DNA of 64,000 nt from an uncultured Gemmatimonadaceae bacterium (GTDB lineage: Bacteria > Gemmatimonadota > Gemmatimonadetes > Gemmatimonadales > Gemmatimonadaceae). The position numbers were made by a program, and so were the translations under genes. The DNA is taken from assembly GCA_963740355.1 (NCBI GenBank), contig CAVUDW010000003.1, positions 1,664,001 to 1,728,000 of the forward strand. Reading direction: 5' to 3'. The notes beneath the pieces were generated by a model. It made no database searches. It saw only the letters and a program-made list of their open reading frames with translations, and was not told the DNA's origin. This document shows, in pieces, positions 57,105 to 64,000 of the stretch; the stretch's first letter is position 1, and every line of letters begins with the position of its first letter.

Positions 57105-60100
57105 TTACTCCATCGGTGGGAAGATGAACTTCTGTTCACCCGCCTGAATTCTCGTGGTGCCGTCTGGCTTCATCCTGATGCGTAGCGGTGTTCCGTCTTC
57201 GAGAGCACCCTCTACACCACGACCACCGCCCGTTCTGTCGCGAACGATTCTACGGTTTCCGACTCCCATTGCGTCGAACTCACGGAACAACTCCTTGGCA
57301 CGCGCTCGACCGCCTTGGACGACAATATCACCGCTTCCGCGGAGTTTGCCCGCAGCAGCGCCAATCAAGCCATTGACGCCGCGAGATGTACGTCCAACCG
57401 GCAGCATCTCCGCGAGCGCGAGTGCAGTGCCCCCAACACTACCGCTACGAATCGCGCCTTCAAGATTGGCTGCTCCGGAAAGTTCGAGACCTATCCGACC
57501 GACGACTTCACCCGCAGCACTCAGCGGTGCAACTCGCTGCCCAACCCCTCTAATGAACTGGCATAGCAGCGTCTCATCAGGACACAGCCCGAACGGATCG
57601 GCGTAGTTGACCGGATCCCCTTTCGCGTAGCCATACCCGTTCAACCCACCCGCGAGCCCGATCGGATCCGGTTGCGTAAACCGGCCCGACGCCGGATCCA
57701 GATACCGCGCCCGCCGGAACGACAACCCGTTTCCCTCCCGCTTGTCCTCGACCAACGAACCATTCCACGCCAACGTCTGTCCGGCGTTCGACACACCATT
57801 GGCATGCCACACATCCGTCCACGCCATCGGGTACGTGCACCGCGTCTCGGACTGCGCCGTCGTTTCACACGGCCACAGGCCGCCATCGAGCACTGAGCCA
57901 AGCGCGGGCTCCGCGCGTAAATCCCAGAGTGGATACAGCGCGAACGGCTGGAACGTCCGAAAGCCCCACCGCACCACCGGGCTGCTGTTCGGCTTGTAGG
58001 GATTGTCGCGATAGTGCACGCGCAGGACGACCAGCGGCTTGTCCAGCGCGCCGCCCTCATACACATAGCCGACGCGACCGAAGAACGGGCTGACGTCGAA
58101 CTGCATCGTCGGGTCCGAGCTCTTGAGCGCGATCGGGATCTGCACGACGGCCGTGTCATTCTCGCCCCAGCCCGCGGAATCGGGCATCTGGATTTCGTAC
58201 AGCTCGCGCGTCCCGTCCCAGATCGTCCGTCGCACGTTCCGGAGCGCGCACCAGACGAAGTATGGGGAGTTCCACGGGCACACCCGTTGCGAGCGCGCCA
58301 GGACCCGCCGCCCAAGGGCGTCGTAGCGGTAGGTGTCGAACGTCAGGCGATAGCTGCCGCCGTATGGATCCACCGGATTGCCGCCGCTGCCCAGTACGGG
58401 CCCCAAGCGGGAGTCCACGGCCCGAAGCTGTCCGAGTGCGTCGTAGTACATAAAGCGTTCGGACGGTTCGACCGCCGGGGCGACGCCCGTTTGTGCACTA
58501 CCGGCCGTCGTTTGGCGCACCGTGTTCCCCGCACTGTCGTACACCAGCACGCTGGTCCCACCATTTCCGACCGTCGTGCCAAGCAACCGGCCGTTCCCTG
58601 ATCGATCGTACGACGGATTGACCGTATTCCACCTCAACGTCGAGCCGCCGCCACCGGCCAACCAGAATTGCACCCCGTTTCCGGGAGCGCTTTGCACGTA
58701 CTGCGCCGTGCCTGAATTGCCCCCGATGCGGTTCCCGAACGCGTCGGAGACCGTCGTGTCGCTGCTGCTGAAAACCACGGCGTTGGCCGTGACGCCAAGC
58801 CCGTACGTCGAGAAGGTGCTGGTGCGCAGCGTGCCCATTGGCGCATACGTCGAGACGAGGTTCTCCCGGCGCCCAAAGGAATTCTGCATGCTGAGCAGCT
58901 TCCCTCGACTGTCGTATGTGAGCGTGGCACGGCGCGCCAGGCCAGTGGGATTCGGCAAGGGGATTCTCGCGCCAACGGCACCATTCACGACGCTGTCCGC
59001 CACTGGTTCACCGTCACTGGCGTATCGGAACCCGCGCGTGATCCCGCTGGGTGACGCCTGCGTGATCAACTGGCCCTTCGGATCGAACGTGAAGATGATG
59101 AAGCCTCCCAGCGGATCGAACAGGCGCCACGGCAGCCCGGTGTCCGCGGTGTACGTGTGCGTCTCGGAGCCCGAGCCAGACGCCGGCGCCAGTTGGGCCG
59201 GATGCCAGAGTCGCGTCGGCCGCCCGGCGACATCGTATTCATAGCGAATGCCGTAGACATGGGTCGTATCAAGCGCTCCACTGACTTTGCGGATTGTCTG
59301 CGTGTCCGCGATGATCCTGCCCACCTTGTCGTAGGTTCGGACGACGATCGCATCGCGGTTGCTGGCGCGCGCCAGCTGCCCACTGAGCGAATCGTAGGTA
59401 AACAGCGCCTCGTCACTATTGATCGCGAAGTAGGTCGAATCACCTAGCGCGAATTGTGGGAAGAACGGACTTCGAGAAGAGTCACCGGGGGCGTTATACG
59501 CCGTGCCAATTCGCACTGAGTCGTAAACGGCGGCAGGGGTGAGTCGACGCGAGAGGCGATTGAGCGCGTCGTACTCCATGCGGATCGTGTCGCCGCGCGG
59601 TGTCACACGACGCGTCACATTCCCAGCGGCATCGTAGGTCAAGCGCTCAGCGCTGATGGAGTTCGTAGCCGCGCCCTGGGAAAACCGGATGATCGCGCGA
59701 CCGAGTGCATCGTAGGCTGTCGTGTCGCGCAGCACGCCGACGCTCGAATCGGGTAAGGACCATCGGCGTGAACTTGCAAGCAGCCCCGTCGTGCCGACGT
59801 ATCTTGCTCGTGTCTCGAGTCGCTGCGTGATCGTAACGCCAAGGCCTGGTGGAGCGGTCGTCGTGCTCGCCGTATCGCGATCCAGTGCATCGTATTGCGT
59901 TGTCGTCGTGACCCAGAGGGCGCTCGGCGAGCTCGCGGCCAACGTCCGAGTTGAGACCACCCGGCCGATGTCGTCGTTGGTGAATTCCGTGCGCTTGCCG
60001 CCCGCACTCAACGTCAGCGCCAGATTGCCGAGTGCATCGTACGCGAGCGAGTCGCGGCTGCGCTGGCCTTGAGCGTTCTGTGGGGAGAGCACCGCGCGTG

Positions 60101-61895
60101 GCAAGCCAGCGCAGGCGGTATTCGCAGCACAATAGCTGAATGTGGCCAGAGTCGCGGCGTTTGTTGGATTTTGAACGCCCACCAGCCCCGGATAATTCTG
60201 GAAGACGGGCCCGTACGTGTACGTCGTCCAGATGCCGGCGGCGTCGCGCGCCCGGGTGAGGTTGTCAGGATGCGCCGCATCGTCGTAGTAGTAGTACCAC
60301 TCCGGCGTACCCGTCGCGCCGACGGGATCAGCGTTCATGTAGGTTAGGTCGCCGTTCGTGTTGTACAGCGCGTACTGCGACCACCCGGCCGGATTCGTGA
60401 CGCGCTTGGCGAGCAGCGGAAACGAATCGTCGGGCGCGATCGACGTCGTTTGAGCCGCCGGATCAGTAATCTTTATTGGGTTGCCCCAGGGTCCCAGCCA
60501 CAATTTCGTGAAGGCTTGCACTGCCGGCCAGCGCGGCGAATAGAGCGCGGTATAGAGGTTGTCAGGAACATCCGGGCTCGCGAGCGCAGCACCCTCACCT
60601 GCCCGGAACTGAGCGATGACGCTGTCGCTCGCAACGCCGGTCGGCGTCCGCGTGCTCGTCAGCAATCCTCCGGCCCCGTAGACGACCGTCATCGTCGTTC
60701 CGCGACTGTCCCGCACTGTCGCGATTCGTCCATTCGTCTCAGTGTATGCCAGTGAGTCACCGGCAAAATTGAGATTGCCCGAGGCGCTGCCGATGGTCCT
60801 CGTCAAGACGCGGTACGCAGGAGCAGGTGTGAACGCGATGCCGCTGTTGTACTGCCGTGCCTGGCCGGTGCATGGTGTCGGTGAACCATCCAGATCGTAG
60901 TTGAAGGACCAGCCACGCGAGTACGGATAGCCGGCCGGAATCGGAAGGTCCACCGCGCCAAGACGGCCGCAGTAGTAGGATCGAAATTGGGTGACGTGTC
61001 CTTGTACATCGCTCGTTGACGTGTGCCGGCCGGTCGAGTCGAATCGCGTCGATGCGCCACGTGTGAGATGCCGATACCACACTCCGGTCGAGGCTGAGTA
61101 CGTCATGCTGTCTCTGCCGATGAGTGTCCGGGCCTTGAAGGTGTTGGTGCCGGTCACACGCGCATACCGGCGCGTACTGCCATCACCCCCGATCCAGAAT
61201 AGGTCGCCGTTCGCTTGTGTGATGATTCGTTCGTAGCCGGCCACCCACCAGCCAGCGCCGAACACGCTCGTCGATCGATTGACGATCGCCAGGTCTCCCG
61301 TCACGGGAGTCACCTGCGTGCCGCTGCCGTCGGTGAACGCAACGTCGAGCCTGTACTGGTAGAGTCCGGTCGACAGATCCGACGCGTCGAATGCGAGCGC
61401 CACTTGTCGCTTGACATCGGCACCCCAGCCACTCACGCTCCAGGTTGCAGTGGCGCGCTGGACATAGGTGCCGCCCTGCTGGACGAAGAGGGTCGCTGTC
61501 ACCGTGGTGGGCGCAGTCCCTGACGCGTGGTTGGTCACCAGCGCGCGTACGATCGGCGTCGGCTTTGCGTGCTGACTGTTGTACAGCATCGTGATCGTGC
61601 GCGCGGTATTGAACGTGCGAATGACCGGGTAGGAATAGGCGACCCGGAGATCACCGCACTCGTATGCTACCCCAGGCCGGATCGCCACGCTCACGCAGGC
61701 GCTTCGCTCGATGTTCGCTCCCGCATTCACACTGGCGACGTCGACGATCGGCGCCAAGAGTGTGGCACCCCGTTCAGCCGCTCCGGCGCCTCGATTCGCC
61801 AGGTAGTGTGAGCCCGAGGGAGACACTCGGTCGAGCGTGTCGGTCAGAATTGCGGTCACGACCAGGGCCTGCACCCACATCGGCGTGAGTCTCAT
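57105..61895 (-). CDS. Rhs/YD-repeat polymorphic toxin
   Basis: Many YD repeats (YDALGN, YDAAGN, YDALNRL); core RARYLDPASGRFTQPDPIG..ADPFGL; ~155-aa tip. Start is probably ATG 61895 (track gives 61946). Confidence 0.93.
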   Translation of the reverse strand: MRLTPMWVQALVVTAILTDTLDRVSPSGSHYLANRGAGAAERGATLLAPIVDVASVNAGANIERSACVSVAIRPGVAYECGDLRVAYSYPVIRTFNTARTITMLYNSQHAKPTPIVRALVTNHASGTAPTTVTATLFVQQGGTYVQRATATWSVSGWGADVKRQVALAFDASDLSTGLYQYRLDVAFTDGSGTQVTPVTGDLAIVNRSTSVFGAGWWVAGYERIITQANGDLFWIGGDGSTRRYARVTGTNTFKARTLIGRDSMTYSASTGVWYRHLTRGASTRFDSTGRHTSTSDVQGHVTQFRSYYCGRLGAVDLPIPAGYPYSRGWSFNYDLDGSPTPCTGQARQYNSGIAFTPAPAYRVLTRTIGSASGNLNFAGDSLAYTETNGRIATVRDSRGTTMTVVYGAGGLLTSTRTPTGVASDSVIAQFRAGEGAALASPDVPDNLYTALYSPRWPAVQAFTKLWLGPWGNPIKITDPAAQTTSIAPDDSFPLLAKRVTNPAGWSQYALYNTNGDLTYMNADPVGATGTPEWYYYYDDAAHPDNLTRARDAAGIWTTYTYGPVFQNYPGLVGVQNPTNAATLATFSYCAANTACAGLPRAVLSPQNAQGQRSRDSLAYDALGNLALTLSAGGKRTEFTNDDIGRVVSTRTLAASSPSALWVTTTTQYDALDRDTASTTTAPPGLGVTITQRLETRARYVGTTGLLASSRRWSLPDSSVGVLRDTTAYDALGRAIIRFSQGAATNSISAERLTYDAAGNVTRRVTPRGDTIRMEYDALNRLSRRLTPAAVYDSVRIGTAYNAPGDSSRSPFFPQFALGDSTYFAINSDEALFTYDSLSGQLARASNRDAIVVRTYDKVGRIIADTQTIRKVSGALDTTHVYGIRYEYDVAGRPTRLWHPAQLAPASGSGSETHTYTADTGLPWRLFDPLGGFIIFTFDPKGQLITQASPSGITRGFRYASDGEPVADSVVNGAVGARIPLPNPTGLARRATLTYDSRGKLLSMQNSFGRRENLVSTYAPMGTLRTSTFSTYGLGVTANAVVFSSSDTTVSDAFGNRIGGNSGTAQYVQSAPGNGVQFWLAGGGGSTLRWNTVNPSYDRSGNGRLLGTTVGNGGTSVLVYDSAGNTVRQTTAGSAQTGVAPAVEPSERFMYYDALGQLRAVDSRLGPVLGSGGNPVDPYGGSYRLTFDTYRYDALGRRVLARSQRVCPWNSPYFVWCALRNVRRTIWDGTRELYEIQMPDSAGWGENDTAVVQIPIALKSSDPTMQFDVSPFFGRVGYVYEGGALDKPLVVLRVHYRDNPYKPNSSPVVRWGFRTFQPFALYPLWDLRAEPALGSVLDGGLWPCETTAQSETRCTYPMAWTDVWHANGVSNAGQTLAWNGSLVEDKREGNGLSFRRARYLDPASGRFTQPDPIGLAGGLNGYGYAKGDPVNYADPFGLCPDETLLCQFIRGVGQRVAPLSAAGEVVGRIGLELSGAANLEGAIRSGSVGGTALALAEMLPVGRTSRGVNGLIGAAAGKLRGSGDIVVQGGRARAKELFREFDAMGVGNRRIVRDRTGGGRGVEGALEDGTPLRIRMKPDGTTRIQAGEQKFIFPPME

Positions 61896-62036
61896 TTCGA
61901 TACCTGTGTGGGTGAATCCGGGACATCCAAGCGTGCGGAATCGCACACCGTCAGTGCGGATCGATTCGGATCGCTTGCACGTCCCACATGCAATGGACCG
62001 CTATCCGGATATGCGCGGTATGATCCTATAGACGAC

Positions 62037-62404
62037 GCTGCCGACGGGAATTCTCAGCCTGCGCCGAGGAGACGCGAGCACGGGAGCCGATCTCTTCTGG
62101 TTCACAAAGTTACGAAATGCATGAGCCCGGCGAGCGGGGCGTGCGCACAGAGACCACTCTTACCACGCGATGCCACCAGACAGCGTTCGACGGCGAGTCG
62201 TGGCTTGGCAGCTGGGAAAGTGAGGAGAGCGATGTGCGACGAATCGATCCTGAAACCGGCGATGTGCTGGAGCGGCTCGATCTGCGGGCTGGGCCGGGAC
62301 ATCCGAGCTCGAGTCGGATGGTGGCGATCAGTTTTCCTGCGGCGGTGAACCGAGTGGCACGGTGCTCGCAATTCGGCCGCCACGGCGGGGGCAGCGGCGT
62401 GTAG
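62037..62404 (+). pseudogene. Second, frameshifted copy of the propeller gene remnant
   Basis: FDGESWLGSWESEESDVRRIDPETGDVLERL; homologous to 52438-52796. Confidence 0.55.
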
Positions 62405-62437
62405 TATTACGTGAATGACATCAGGAGACGATTGACG

Positions 62438-62695
62438 ATGACAGGACCCGCTCCCACTACTGCGGAAGTCACCAATGTTTCTCGACACGGATTCTGGCTG
62501 CTGCTTGGCGCGGAAGAACTGCTCGTGCCGTTCGCCGATTTCCCGTGGTTCCGCGCGGCTACCATCGATCAGCTTTTAGACGTGCAGTGGCCGTCTGCTG
62601 ATCATCTCTATTGGCCGCAACTCGATATTGATCTATCTGTGCAGTCGATTCGCACACCAGCGGCGTTTCCGCTGGTGGCGAAGATTTCCGGGTGA
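62438..62695 (+). CDS. DUF2442 domain protein (orphan antitoxin-like)
   Basis: EVTNVSRHGFWLL..VPFADFPWF..ATI..HLYWPQLDIDLS; RBS aggag. Confidence 0.85.
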   Translation: MTGPAPTTAEVTNVSRHGFWLLLGAEELLVPFADFPWFRAATIDQLLDVQWPSADHLYWPQLDIDLSVQSIRTPAAFPLVAKISG

Positions 62696-62711
62696 GGCGA
62701 GACTGTTGCGG

Positions 62712-63098
62712 TTATGGCGTCACGACTGCGATCTGCAGCGACTGCGCCGCCTCAGTCATGCGATGGTCATACGTTGCCAGTGAGACAACCTGACGCTGGT
62801 CACGCAAATACAGCAGCGACGACAGATGCAACGCATCCAACGTGCGAACTGCCACAGGAAACGGTGCAAGCGCACGGTGCAGCACCGTCGGCGTCAGCTC
62901 GAGGACTGCAATACGCTGCATGAGCTCGCGCGCTGCGTTGCCATGGGACGCACGCAACCCACGCGCATGCAGCCGATTCCAGATTTCGTACTCCAGCAAT
63001 CGACTGCTCACCAGCACCGCCTCCCACAGCCCATCGCTCGGCGCACGGTCCTCGGCCAGCAAGTGGGCCAGAGCGACCGACGTATCGAGATAGATCAT
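62712..63098 (-). CDS. vapC: PIN-domain toxin
   Basis: MIYLDTSV..RTLDALHL..ATYDHRM. Confidence 0.9.
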   Translation of the reverse strand: MIYLDTSVALAHLLAEDRAPSDGLWEAVLVSSRLLEYEIWNRLHARGLRASHGNAARELMQRIAVLELTPTVLHRALAPFPVAVRTLDALHLSSLLYLRDQRQVVSLATYDHRMTEAAQSLQIAVVTP

Positions 63099-63382
63099 CG
63101 GTCCTGACGACTCTGATCCAGATCCAGAAGAATTTCACGCAGCGGTGCCACCGGCAGACGCGGCGGCGCTCCTTCCCGAATGACCGTCGGGAGTGTGAGC
63201 GCACCGTCGCGCACCATCTCCGCCAGCAGCGCATCGCCTAGCAGGGGATACGACTCCGTTGGCGGGCGCAATTCCGCCACCACGCGATCCCGGTCCGTCA
63301 CCAGAATCGTTTCACCGGCCACGACCAGGCGGATGTACTCGCTCAGGCGATTCTTGAGGACCTTCAGACCGACGGTGCGCAT
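63095..63382 (-). CDS. Phd/YefM-family antitoxin
   Basis: MRTVGLKVLKNRLSEYIRLV..GETILVTDRDRVVAEL; ATGA coupling to vapC. Confidence 0.9.
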   Translation of the reverse strand: MRTVGLKVLKNRLSEYIRLVVAGETILVTDRDRVVAELRPPTESYPLLGDALLAEMVRDGALTLPTVIREGAPPRLPVAPLREILLDLDQSRQDR

Positions 63383-63391
63383 CTGGGAAAT

Positions 63392-63409
63392 GTAGCTCCC
63401 AGAAGCTAC
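63392..63409. promoter_or_regulatory. Toxin-antitoxin autoregulatory palindrome
   Basis: GTAGCT-N6-AGCTAC overlapping a TACATT -10-like hexamer just upstream of the antitoxin ATG (probably leaderless). Confidence 0.65.
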
Positions 63410-63540
63410 TTGAGGAGACATTTGCGGAGGCGTCGAGGGTTGTCGCAAGAGGACCGCACGAGCCACAGCATACCACTGTTACCTGAACCAACCGTCACCG
63501 AATTCATGCGATCGACATCTCAATTCTCCCCCTCCCGCCA

Positions 63541-63583
63541 CCACTGTCGCCTTCCTTGATTTTCGGTGTTTGTTCGGTAACCT
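63541..63583 (+). promoter_or_regulatory. imuB promoter with direct-repeat operator (candidate SOS box)
   Basis: TTGATT-N16-TAACCT; TTTC-N7-GTTC; near-identical to 18224-18262. Confidence 0.7.
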
Positions 63584-63652
63584 CTCCCTCCCACCCCGCC
63601 ACCGCACCCAGCCCGCCCCCGCTCTCCCCAGCGTGCCCGCCGCCCCCGATCC

Positions 63653-64000
63653 ATGCCGTCCCTCTGGCGCGTTGCCTGTGTCCGTATCCCCCGCTTCCCG
63701 GTTGGTGCCGTCTGGCGCGCCAACCAGGGGCCGCGGCAATTGGGACTGGGACTCGGGCTCACGGCCGAGCCGGCCCCGACGCCCAAGCCCGGGGACGAGG
63801 CCAGACACTGGGACGACCGCCTCCTCGCCCTCGCCGACGGCAACAAGCTCCGCGCCGTGAGCGCCGCCGCCGGTCACGCCCGTGTCCGCGCCGGCATGAC
63901 CGTCACCGCCGCCAAGGCCCGCTGCTCCCGCCTCGAGATCCTGCCCTGGGACGAGATCGCCATCGCCGGCGCCCTCACCCGCGCCACCGCGGCCCTCATC
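63653..64000 (+). CDS. imuB: ImuB-like Y-family DNA polymerase (5' part; absent from ORF track)
   Basis: Translated by hand: MPSLWRVACVRIPRFPV..LRAVSAAAGHARVRAGMTVTAAKARCSRLEILPWD; open to the window end. Confidence 0.8.
   Translation, partial: MPSLWRVACVRIPRFPVGAVWRANQGPRQLGLGLGLTAEPAPTPKPGDEARHWDDRLLALADGNKLRAVSAAAGHARVRAGMTVTAAKARCSRLEILPWDEIAIAGALTRATAALI

Overview
GC-rich bacterial chromosome segment. The gene repertoire (BlaI/M56 pair, orphan duplicated ABC permease, S9 peptidase, Hanks kinase, group 2a hydrogenase) suggests Gemmatimonadota, which is an inference. From left to right: (1) a minus-strand operon of a TonB-dependent receptor plus three lipoproteins that each carry cohesin-like domains, one also with a dockerin-like repeat and missed by the ORF track; (2) Ser/Thr kinase-TPR, pdeM, site-2 protease, S9 peptidase and a 4x78-bp REP-like array with inverted copies; (3) an imuA-like gene, a RelE/HTH toxin-antitoxin pair, BlaI/BlaR1-like genes and a Zn-dehydrogenase; (4) a ~17-kb group 2a [NiFe]-hydrogenase (huc/hyp) cluster with an internally duplicated HucM/DUF1641-like scaffold and a GAF-kinase/LuxR pair, with indels in the kinase and hypD; (5) a B3 metallo-beta-lactamase-fold gene, an orphan ABC permease and a two-gene module whose products resemble the PmoC metal sites and PmoB topology of copper membrane monooxygenases; (6) an M1 aminopeptidase and an Rhs toxin locus with two orphan toxin/immunity modules and an IS110; (7) DUF2442, Phd/VapC and the start of imuB, whose 39-bp promoter is nearly identical to that of imuA 45 kb away. 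No rRNA, tRNA or CRISPR array was seen. All family assignments come from reading motifs by eye; no database searches were run.
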